Assembly: GCA_963802945.1 (NCBI GenBank) | Contig: CAWDKY010000015.1 | Coordinates: forward strand, 160,001-224,000 | DNA from: an uncultured delta proteobacterium | GTDB taxonomy: Bacteria; Desulfobacterota; RBG-13-43-22 | Direction: 5' to 3' | Length of the DNA: 64,000 nucleotides | Shown: piece after piece, positions 9,743 through 18,213 of the stretch | Position numbering within the stretch: position 1 is the stretch's first letter | How the letters are laid out: the number at the start of each line of letters is the position of its first letter | Translations under genes and position numbers: made by a program | The notes under the pieces: generated by a model | Seen by the model: only the letters and a program-made list of their open reading frames with translations | Told to the model about the DNA's origin: nothing | Database searches by the model: none

Positions 9743-11691
9743 AACAACCTCTGTGGGTGCCATCCGAGGAAAGAAAAAAAAATTCAAACATGACACGTTT
9801 CATGGGGTATGTGAATAGACGATTTAATAAGGAGTTTACAGGATATTTCGATCTTTATGACTGGTCAGTTAATAATATTCCCGATTTCTGGACCAGTGTT
9901 TGGGATTTCTTGGAAATCAAGGCATCGAGGAAGTACGATAAGGTAGTGGATGATTTAAGCAAGTTCCCAGGCGCTCAGTGGTTTGTCGGGGCCGAGCTCA
10001 ACTTTGCCGAGAACCTCCTGCGATACCGGGATGAAGAGGTTGCCATTGTCTTCAAATGTGAAACAAAGCCCTCGGTCTCCAAAACCTACGAAGAACTGTA
10101 TAGGACTGTGGGACGTCTGGCGACTTCCTTAAAAGAAGAGGGTGTGACCAAGGAAGACAGGGTAGTGGCCTACATGCCGAATATGGCCGAGACGGCAATG
10201 GCTATGCTCGCCGCTACAAGCATCGGCGCCATCTGGGCCAGTTGCGGTTCAGAGCTGGGTAGGCAGGCGGTGATAGACCGTTTCAGCCAGATAGAACCAA
10301 AGGTTCTCTTCACTGTCGATGGGTACCTTTACAAGAATAAGCCATTCAACATGCTCAACGATGTGAAGGCGGTTGTGGAAGCGGTCCCCTCCATAGAAAA
10401 AGTGGTTATTGTCTCCTACGTCAGTGAAAAGCCTGACATCAGCTCCATACCTCATGCCGTGCCATATGATGAATTCATTTCTGGAGAAGACACAGAGATT
10501 GTTTTCGAGCAGGTCCCAGCCAACCACCCCGTTTATATCATGTTTTCTTCCGGCACCACAGGAAAGCCAAAATGCATGGTCCAAAGCGTGGCCGGCGTAC
10601 TGCTAAACCAGATGAAGGAGCTTATCATCCACTCCGATCTAAAACGGGAAGATACAGTGCTCTATATGACCGCTCCCTCCTGGATGATGTGGAACTGGCT
10701 CATGGGCACTCTTGCGGTAGGTGCTAAAATGGTCCTCTTCGACGGGAACCCCGGTTATCCCGATGCAGGTGCCATGTGGCGGCTTATAGATGAGGAGAAA
10801 ATCACCTTTTTTGGGACAAGCGCGACTTATATCAATATGCTGAAGAGCCAGAATTTCAAGCCTAAAGATCTCTTTAGCCTTGCTACCCTTAAATCCATAG
10901 GCCAAACCGGCTCCCCCCTCTCTGTTGAAGGATTTGAGTATGTATACCAGTCCATCAAAAAGGAGGTCCATTTCAACTCCCTTGCGGGAGGTACCGACAT
11001 TAACGGTTGCTTTGCCATCGGGACCCCGATGCTTCCAGTATATGCAGGACAGCTCCAGTGCCCTGCGCTGGGTATGAAGGTAAAGGCGTACGATGAAAAA
11101 GGGAATCCTGTCTATGACAAACAGGCAGAACTCGTCTGTGAATCCCCGGCCCCTTCCATGCCGCTTCGTTTCTGGAATGACCCGGAATTTAAAAAATATT
11201 ACGATGCATACTTCACCGTATACCCAGGGATATGGCGACATGGTGATTACGTAGAGTTCTATTTCGATACCCGTGGAATCACCTTCTTCGGTCGCTCCGA
11301 CGCCTTATTAAAACCCTCCGGTGTCCGCATAGGTACTGCCGAGATCTATAATATCGTAGACGAGTTTATTGAAGTAGCGGACAGTGTGGCCATCGGACAG
11401 AACTGGGAGGGCGATCAGCGGGTCCTCCTCTTCGTGAGGCTCGCTCCCGGTGCGAGCCTAACCGACGATCTGAAGTCCAGAATTAAGACAGCCCTTAGAG
11501 ACAAGGCGTCTCCCCGCCATGTACCGGCCTTGATCATCGAAGTGCCTGACATACCTTACACATTCAGCTCCAAGAAAGTGGAGAGCGCCATCACGAATAT
11601 CGTGAACGGCAAGCCGGTTACCAACAAAGATGCCCTAATCAATCCGGAGGCCTTAGAGTTCTTCCGGAATCTCCCGGAGCTACAAAAATAA
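9739..11691 (+). CDS. Acetoacetate--CoA ligase
   Basis: N-terminal PLWxPS; FSSGTTGKPKCMV; WMMWNWL; GRSD; GVRIGTAEIY. Confidence 0.93.
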   Translation: MKQPLWVPSEERKKNSNMTRFMGYVNRRFNKEFTGYFDLYDWSVNNIPDFWTSVWDFLEIKASRKYDKVVDDLSKFPGAQWFVGAELNFAENLLRYRDEEVAIVFKCETKPSVSKTYEELYRTVGRLATSLKEEGVTKEDRVVAYMPNMAETAMAMLAATSIGAIWASCGSELGRQAVIDRFSQIEPKVLFTVDGYLYKNKPFNMLNDVKAVVEAVPSIEKVVIVSYVSEKPDISSIPHAVPYDEFISGEDTEIVFEQVPANHPVYIMFSSGTTGKPKCMVQSVAGVLLNQMKELIIHSDLKREDTVLYMTAPSWMMWNWLMGTLAVGAKMVLFDGNPGYPDAGAMWRLIDEEKITFFGTSATYINMLKSQNFKPKDLFSLATLKSIGQTGSPLSVEGFEYVYQSIKKEVHFNSLAGGTDINGCFAIGTPMLPVYAGQLQCPALGMKVKAYDEKGNPVYDKQAELVCESPAPSMPLRFWNDPEFKKYYDAYFTVYPGIWRHGDYVEFYFDTRGITFFGRSDALLKPSGVRIGTAEIYNIVDEFIEVADSVAIGQNWEGDQRVLLFVRLAPGASLTDDLKSRIKTALRDKASPRHVPALIIEVPDIPYTFSSKKVESAITNIVNGKPVTNKDALINPEALEFFRNLPELQK

Positions 11692-11831
11692 AGTTACACA
11701 TAACAAGATCGTAAGATGAAAATAAAATGAAGAAGTCTAAACCCTCATGTCAAACCTGCCTAACCCTGATGAATCAGGCAGGGCATGCTCCCCAATATCA
11801 ACACCGACAATCTTCAATATATTGCTAAAAC

Positions 11832-12689
11832 ATGACACCGGAATCTGAAAAAATAAAAAGTAAACCCCTTTCCGGGAAGGTAGCCTTGGTGACCGGCGCT
11901 TCGCGTGGTCTGGGAAGGGCGATTGCCCTTGCCCTTGGTAAGGCCGGGGCTGATGTCGCAGTAACGGATCTTCTCATCGAAGATGCCGAATATGATGCCC
12001 AAGCATTAAGTGCATACAGCCCTCTGGCCGGACATTTCTCCCATGCCGGTGAAGTCAAAACCTTGGAAACGGCAAGGGAAATCCAGGCAATGGGTTCAAT
12101 GAGTCGTGCATGGAGAATGGATGTTACCGAACCTGAAGCAGTAAAGAGGGTGGTACAAGCAGTTGAAGCAGAACTCGGCCAGGTCGACATCCTCGTGAAC
12201 AATGCTGCGGTCATGGACAATTTCGGAAAATTTGAAGAGCAAAAGTACGAGCGGTGGCAACGCGACCTTAACGTCAATCTCACCGGTGCCTACAACTGTA
12301 TCAAGGCTGTGTGGAGGGGTATGGTGCGAAAGCATGGTGGGCGAATCATCAATATCTCTTCGGTGACAGCCCTCATGGGGGCTTCCCTACAACCGTCCTA
12401 CGGGGTAACCAAGGCCGGGTTGATCGGCCTGTCCAAGTCATTGGCTATAGAGGCCGGCCAACACGGTATCACGGTTAATGCTGTCTGCCCGGGTTTCATC
12501 GACACTGAAGCAGTACAACTATACGATGAACGAATGAAGGAACGGATCGAGAAAAAAATTGTCCTCAGGCGCATGGGCCGTCCAGATGAGGTTGCTCAGG
12601 TAGTGGCTTTCCTTGCCTCGGATGGTGCTTCATATATTACTGGGGCGATAATCCCTATAACTGGGGGAATTGATCTACTCGCGCTATAA
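11832..12689 (+). CDS. SDR family oxidoreductase (FabG-like)
   Basis: TGASRGLG, NNAA and YGVTK motifs. Confidence 0.92.
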   Translation: MTPESEKIKSKPLSGKVALVTGASRGLGRAIALALGKAGADVAVTDLLIEDAEYDAQALSAYSPLAGHFSHAGEVKTLETAREIQAMGSMSRAWRMDVTEPEAVKRVVQAVEAELGQVDILVNNAAVMDNFGKFEEQKYERWQRDLNVNLTGAYNCIKAVWRGMVRKHGGRIINISSVTALMGASLQPSYGVTKAGLIGLSKSLAIEAGQHGITVNAVCPGFIDTEAVQLYDERMKERIEKKIVLRRMGRPDEVAQVVAFLASDGASYITGAIIPITGGIDLLAL

Positions 12690-13099
12690 AACACGGCGAA
12701 AAGAATTCAAGAGCAAACAAAGTTCAGAAATACAGAAATCTACTCTTAGTATTTTAGGTTTATCTCCTGGCAAAATATTCGGATTTAAAATTTATTCCAA
12801 GGAATTCTGTTTTTTTTAACAGGCACTTTTTTTGTTTGCGAATCTTTTTCCTCTCTCGTTAATGAAGAATTTTTCCAGTCTGGTATCCTTGTGTTTCTTC
12901 GACATTCCATCTCTATTACCATTTGAACTCTTGTCTTTTTATAAAATAGAAATTTGAACATTACAGTACTACTCATTTTCTTGAAAATTTGCCCCACTGC
13001 ACCGAATTCAAATGTTACACCTACAAGTCCACGAAAAACATAGCCCCAAAATTTAACGATTACAGAATGAAAATCCTATTTTCTTGGTGGATTACCTAA

Positions 13100-13171
13100 G
13101 TCTAACGATTGGCATCCCTTGACGTAAAAAGCTGCAGGTTATTTTCGTTCAGTTGAGTGTCCTTGTTCGAT
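13100..13171 (-). mobile_element. attC-like integron cassette recombination site
   Basis: Minus strand reads ATCGAAC aaggac actcaac tgaacgaaaa...ttttacgtca agggatgc caatc GTTAGAC. It is 72 bp, an imperfect hairpin, and overlaps the patatin 3' end. Confidence 0.7.
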
Positions 13172-13990
13172 AGCCATATTTTTCAGTTGCTTTCTTAGCA
13201 AGTCAACGGCCGGGGCTGCTTGCAGGAAGACTTCCTCGGCTTTGCCAAAATCGAGCATCCGCACACCTTGGATCTCCGGCTGGACATAGATGTCAGGTTT
13301 CCGATGTTTCATCTTTTCAGCGAGGGCAGAAGCCTGCATGATATCGAAAGCCCCAAGAACGGATTCAAGAGCACCAGGAATTTCATGTTTGCCAGGATTG
13401 CGTGTCTTGCTCACATCTACTGCTATGGTGACATCGGCTCGTTCTAAAAGGTGGTCGTAAGGCACCAGGTTTACGACGCCTCCATCGACAAGAACTTTGC
13501 CTGCAATAGACACTGGGGCAAAAACCCCCGGAACAGCCATGCTGGCCTGTAGAGCAGGAAGCAAGTCATCTGTTTCAAACACGATTTCCTCCGCAGTCCA
13601 ATAGTCTGCGGCAATTACTAAAAGAGGGACCTCAAGCTCTTCGAAAGTTCGCATCTTAATCTCGCAAAAGAGGTACTCGAAGAATCCCTGAGTGTTAATA
13701 AACCCACCGCGTGGAAATTCCGCGGAAAACGCCGTGACCAATTTCAATAAATCGCTTTTCTTGGCGATGATGTCCCGCCAAGTATCATCTTTCAGGATGA
13801 GATGTCTGTTGATGCGTTCCCTGATCTCCTTTCCAGACATCCCAGAGGCATAGAGAGCCCCAATGATTGCACCCATACTGGTTCCTGTAATGATACTCGG
13901 CTTGATACCAAAATCATCAAGAGTCTCAAGGATAGGAATATGCGCCAAACCCCGAACACCCCCACCTCCCAAAGCCAAGCCTATTTTCAT
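13139..13990 (-). CDS. Patatin-like phospholipase (RssA/NTE family)
   Basis: GGGGVRG, GTSMG and DGG motifs. Confidence 0.93.
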   Translation of the reverse strand: MKIGLALGGGGVRGLAHIPILETLDDFGIKPSIITGTSMGAIIGALYASGMSGKEIRERINRHLILKDDTWRDIIAKKSDLLKLVTAFSAEFPRGGFINTQGFFEYLFCEIKMRTFEELEVPLLVIAADYWTAEEIVFETDDLLPALQASMAVPGVFAPVSIAGKVLVDGGVVNLVPYDHLLERADVTIAVDVSKTRNPGKHEIPGALESVLGAFDIMQASALAEKMKHRKPDIYVQPEIQGVRMLDFGKAEEVFLQAAPAVDLLRKQLKNMAIEQGHSTERK

Positions 13991-14009
13991 AGCCCTCCCT
14001 TTTCAGTAT

Positions 14010-14068
14010 ATCGAACAAGTTATTCTAAAGAAATGCATATCTCCTTATTTTGCCTGATATGCAGAAAA
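14010..14068 (-). mobile_element. attI-like site / cassette 5' boundary
   Basis: Minus strand reads tgcatatc..gatatgca ttt ctttagaataactt GTTCGAT. GTTCGAT is the exact complement of R'' ATCGAAC in the downstream attC. Confidence 0.5.
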
Positions 14069-14112
14069 GTGATCTTTAGTTTTTATCCGATTTCATTTTT
14101 ATGGACATGAAA

Positions 14113-14248
14113 TACCCTTTTGTAAAACTATTAACTTCAAATAGTTGACCCTTAGCTCATTAAAACAAAAACCCCCCTCTCGTTTGAGAAATGGGGTTTC
14201 CTTAATTCCTCCATATGCTTGCCTCCCTTTAGGGTAAAGGGGCGTTGC
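14113..14248 (-). repeat. Diverged repeat A with terminator-like hairpin (paralog of 15031-15163)
   Basis: Shared minus-strand core accccattt(c/t)tcaa..gagag..gggg.ttttgtttt and ctttacc..aagggag. Confidence 0.55.
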
Positions 14249-14413
14249 TGTGGGAACGAACATCAATGCGATAATAATCAAGGCAATGTGTTTCATTGAA
14301 ACCTCGTCTCTTTTCTTTGATGAAGTCCAGCGACACAGAGGACTCCATCGCGGTCAGTCTTTCGCTCGGGAAAGCTGTATCGCTGGCATGGTCGAACCAG
14401 GCGTACAGATTTT

Positions 14414-14986
14414 TCACGAGCGAGCGGCTTGGCCACCGAACGTTCGCATCTTAAACGACAGCAGCACGAGGAGAAGGCCAAACAAGAAGGCATAAGTAGC
14501 GATCAGCCAAAGAAGGGCGAGAGCACCCACGATTGGCTGCGCCATGAGGATAACACCGAACACGACCGATACGAGACCGCCGAAAACGAGCAGCCACTCA
14601 TTCTTTATCTCTTTGCGCAGACGTATCGCGGCCACGATTTCAAGAACGCCCGTGGCAATCGCCCAGATTGAGATGTAGAACAGAAGTGCCAGCGCGGTGA
14701 TACCGGGCACCAGTAAAGTCAGGATTCCAACGCCAATGCCGATTAGTCCCCACAGGAGCAGTACCCCCCAGTGTTCGTGCTCCTTGCGTCCCGTAATGGC
14801 GGTCCAGACCCCGAGGCTGCCGTCCACCAGGATGTATGCACCGAAGAGTAACACCAACGTAGCGAGCGAGATCCCAGGCAGAAGCCATGTCAGGATACCG
14901 AATGCGATGGCAGCAAGACCACGAAGCAGCAGCACCCACCAGTTGCGGGAAAGAATAGTGGAAAGTTGCTTCTCTATAATGTTCAT
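14414..14986 (-). CDS. HdeD/DUF308 family membrane protein
   Basis: NWWVLLLRG start, repeated hydrophobic units, AIRLRKEI motif. Confidence 0.9.
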   Translation of the reverse strand: MNIIEKQLSTILSRNWWVLLLRGLAAIAFGILTWLLPGISLATLVLLFGAYILVDGSLGVWTAITGRKEHEHWGVLLLWGLIGIGVGILTLLVPGITALALLFYISIWAIATGVLEIVAAIRLRKEIKNEWLLVFGGLVSVVFGVILMAQPIVGALALLWLIATYAFLFGLLLVLLSFKMRTFGGQAARS

Positions 14987-15030
14987 GATTGATCTCCTCC
15001 TTTCAATTAATGGTTAACAGCAAATTAATA

Positions 15031-15163
15031 CAACCCTTTTATCACTTTGGGTAAATCTTTTTCAAATTCACTCATTCTCTTTAAAAAAACAAAATCCCCA
15101 CCTCTCTCTTGAAAAATGGGGTCTATCATTTTTACATCGACACTCCCTTGGTAAAAGGTTGCC
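15031..15163 (-). repeat. Diverged repeat B with terminator-like hairpin
   Basis: Paralog of 14113-14248; ends caacccttttatc / ggtaaaaggttg are inverted. Confidence 0.55.
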
Positions 15164-15395
15164 AACAAGAAACTTTTTTAAATTGCTTTAGATTTCCTAC
15201 CCCTTAATCGGTAAAAAGTCAATGAAACTTGACTCATTTTCGTTGATTACCGTTTGCACTCTTCTGATTTTTTCAAAATCGAATTTTGAGGATTTCACGA
15301 AGTAATGACCTATAGTCGTCTTTACACCTATTGTCAAGAAAACGCTGTCCAAGGGCAAAAAAAATTCTGTCTAAATAGCTTATTCCAGTTTAAGG

Positions 15396-15576
15396 TTGAT
15401 GATGTCTTAGTAAGTCATCAAATAGGACGGCAAAGGAAAAAGCTCTCCCGCCAAAGGCGGGACTAGGCGCGCAAGCCCTTAGGAATGAGAGGTACATAGA
15501 AGTACGCCGCAATGACAAAAGGTGCAGCGCAATCCCGCGAAACGCGGGACTGATGGACTTTTTACGAAGGCGTCAA
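15396..15576. mobile_element. MITE-like intergenic element
   Basis: Imperfect terminal IRs ttga(t/c)g..aagtc; internal aggaatgag..gtacatagaagta shared with 31120-31319; provides the stop codon of the DUF4301 gene. Confidence 0.7.
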
Positions 15577-17144
15577 GGTCGATGCTCTGGTCTCAACAGA
15601 TCATTGATGGTCTTGACCGGACTAAAAGTCTGGATGGGCACCTCCACAAAGATGGTAATCCATTTGGCCATAGCGCCGTTCCACAGCCCAGGCAATTCCA
15701 GGGCCTTAAGGTCTCGCCCATTTTGGGATTTCCGAGAAATAAAAACGGCCTCTGGATCTACATACCGGTTTAGATCAAAGGGCCGGCCTTCATAATCTCG
15801 AACGGAACAGACCAGATCAACCGGATTGAAATGAGTGGAAGCCGCCCATCGGGCCTTTTGTTCGGGGGATTCGGGATCGAGCTGAGCCTTTTCCACAATC
15901 TGCAGGGAAAGGGATCCCTCCTTTCCTTCCACCCAGAATGGTCCACCACCGGGTTCTCCTTCGTTCTTGACCATGCCGCAGACCCGAATAGGTCGGTTTA
16001 ATAAATTGAACAGATAAGTGTTTTGTTCTTTAAGGGACCAATTGGCAAACCCTGGGGGTTCAGAAAACCAAAGCCAGTCCCGGCAAAAACTAACGGATTC
16101 TTTAAGAAGCTCTGGAGTACCCATTCCTTCGGCCAATTTCCTCGTGAGGGGATGAATCATTTGCTCAATTTTAACCAGGTAGCCGCCCAGAATTTTTTTC
16201 CAGACAATCGTCGCTTCTTTCAGCCGATCGGGCTGGACATTATCGATATTTTTAATATAGATCAGATCGCCCTGAAGATCGTTCAGGTTTTTAATCAGGG
16301 CCCCGTGACCACCGGGCCTAAAAAGAAGTGCTCCGGAATCGTCTCGAAAAGGCCTGTTGTTTAAATCTACGGCCAGAGTATCGGTGGAACGGCTCTGGAA
16401 AGAAAAGGAGACTTTAAAACGGCAGCGGTATCGCTTCTCATAGGCCGGTTGCAGGGTTTTAAAAAAATTATTAAAGGTGTCTCCATGTTCTGGTGAGATC
16501 GTGATATGAAGATGGCATTGTCCGGTTCGATCACAAATCGTATGAACAGCCTCAACCAGGTGTTCTTCAAAGGCCGTTCGATTGTGATCCGGGTAAGTAT
16601 GGAATTGATGTAATCCCTTAGGTCGATTCAGGTAATTCAAACCGCGGTCAGTGAGGAGATAGTCTAAAATCTCTCCCCATTGATTTTGCCGGATGGCCTT
16701 TATGATGTTCAGTCCGTCTTGGGCCATCGATCCTTTCAAATCTTCAAAAAAAGCAAACTGATCGATTCTCCGGATAAACCTGGCCAATTCTCCGGCTTGT
16801 GGATCATTTTCGCTTAATTCCGTTTGACTTCCATCAAGGTTAAATTTAGATCGAATCAGAGAAAAGGATAGGATATCCTGAAACATCCGCGTGGCTGCGC
16901 CTGAAGCGGGGACGAATTTTATAAATCGACCTTGCCGGGCCGCTCCCTCCTGCAATGAAATCAAGGCTTCTGTTTCTGAGGAAGGGACCTCATGAATTCC
17001 GTCACCCAGAGTACACGGACGGTGAAGGCGAAGATACCCGGAAGTCCTTTGAAATAGCGCCATCTGTGCCCTCACTTGATTTTCGGAAACCCCCAGCTTG
17101 GACATCAACTGCAGATCATCCTGATTGAATGCCCAGTCCTTCAT
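15573..17144 (-). CDS. DUF4301 family protein
   Basis: KFVPASGAATRMF, FRPGGHGAL, GEPGGGPFW and LELPGLWNGAMA motifs. Confidence 0.9.
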   Translation of the reverse strand: MKDWAFNQDDLQLMSKLGVSENQVRAQMALFQRTSGYLRLHRPCTLGDGIHEVPSSETEALISLQEGAARQGRFIKFVPASGAATRMFQDILSFSLIRSKFNLDGSQTELSENDPQAGELARFIRRIDQFAFFEDLKGSMAQDGLNIIKAIRQNQWGEILDYLLTDRGLNYLNRPKGLHQFHTYPDHNRTAFEEHLVEAVHTICDRTGQCHLHITISPEHGDTFNNFFKTLQPAYEKRYRCRFKVSFSFQSRSTDTLAVDLNNRPFRDDSGALLFRPGGHGALIKNLNDLQGDLIYIKNIDNVQPDRLKEATIVWKKILGGYLVKIEQMIHPLTRKLAEGMGTPELLKESVSFCRDWLWFSEPPGFANWSLKEQNTYLFNLLNRPIRVCGMVKNEGEPGGGPFWVEGKEGSLSLQIVEKAQLDPESPEQKARWAASTHFNPVDLVCSVRDYEGRPFDLNRYVDPEAVFISRKSQNGRDLKALELPGLWNGAMAKWITIFVEVPIQTFSPVKTINDLLRPEHRP

Positions 17145-17159
17145 GAGTTTTTTGCCTTA

Positions 17160-17360
17160 ACAGGTTACTGAAAAAGTCCCTTCACTCCCGCCGCTGGCGG
17201 GATTGCCCGTATTCTTCGGGATTTCTTCGCGTCAAAGACGACGCTCAGTCCCACCCCTACGGGGTGGTTCCCGGTTTCGGGACGCCTTGTAGTCGGTCGG
17301 CTTTGCCGACCTATATAAAGGCCTCCAAGGAGACCGAAAGAACCTTTTTGTGCAACCTGT
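17160..17360. mobile_element. MITE-like element (~200 bp)
   Basis: TIRs acaggttactgaaaaag / ctttttgtgcaacctgt; a ~70-bp core is the inverted copy of the core in 31120-31319. Confidence 0.8.
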
Positions 17361-17514
17361 AAAAAAGAGTTTTTCCGCAATAGAATTTTTCTCGGTGGTC
17401 AACACCCAAACCTATTGATGTTTTTCCCCTTGACTCCCTTTTGGCTTCCATTTTATATTCTTTCTGTCGGATTTTTCCAATCAAATATTTATCATCTGAA
17501 AAAAAGGAGCGACC

Positions 17515-18177
17515 ATGGAAACAAGCGATCTGGAAACATTAATCAAAAGCCGCCGTTCCATCCGTTTGTGGCAGGACAAGCCTGTTTCGGAAGATCAACT
17601 GCTTAAAGCCATAGAATTGGCTACTTATGCTTCTAACGCCGGGAATCAGCAAAACTGGCATTTTTACCTCATCCTTAACAGAGAGGTCATAAAGACCATT
17701 GCCGATGCCGTACAAGACAGCGCCAATTACGTGGCTTCTTTACCTGAGGCCGCTGGTTTCAGCGAATTTGCCGTTAGGATGTTGAAAGGCGCAGGGTTCT
17801 TTCGTCAGGCCCCTGCCGGCATTGCTGTGACCAGTAGCCAATATCAGTCGCCAGTGGATAAGATTCTGGAGGCCAGAGAAAAATCGAATCCTGAAGACAG
17901 CAAGGCCGCTCAAATCCGCCGTTGGCGTAACATCGCCAACTCACGAACTCAGTCCGCAGCCGCAGCTATTGCTTATCTACTTTTAATTTTACATCAAATG
18001 GGTTTAGGGGCGGTCTGGATGACCGGCCCGATGCAGGCTAAGGGTGACATAGAAAAGGTCCTCAAGGTTCCCGCTGGCCAGGATCTTATCGCTTACATTC
18101 CGGTTGGCTACCCATCTGAAACGCCGGCCCTAAGACCCAGAAAACCAATCCAAGAGGTTTGCGAAATCATAAGGTAA
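17515..18177 (+). CDS. Nitroreductase family protein
   Basis: RRSIR, NAGNQQNW, GLGAVW and GYP motifs. Confidence 0.92.
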   Translation: METSDLETLIKSRRSIRLWQDKPVSEDQLLKAIELATYASNAGNQQNWHFYLILNREVIKTIADAVQDSANYVASLPEAAGFSEFAVRMLKGAGFFRQAPAGIAVTSSQYQSPVDKILEAREKSNPEDSKAAQIRRWRNIANSRTQSAAAAIAYLLLILHQMGLGAVWMTGPMQAKGDIEKVLKVPAGQDLIAYIPVGYPSETPALRPRKPIQEVCEIIR

Positions 18178-18213
18178 CGATCATCTTAACCTTCAACCAC
18201 TCGAACCCTATTT

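Noticed and set aside
11756-11782. GCCTAAC and CTGATGA after the ligase as an attC or hammerhead ribozyme
   Set aside because: No matching GTT arm and no GAAA core; it is a simple hairpin.
14319-14352. Fluoride riboswitch (GAUGGAGU motif)
   Set aside because: It lacks the flanking P1 pairing and the downstream CURAUGAC segment, and there is no crcB-type gene.
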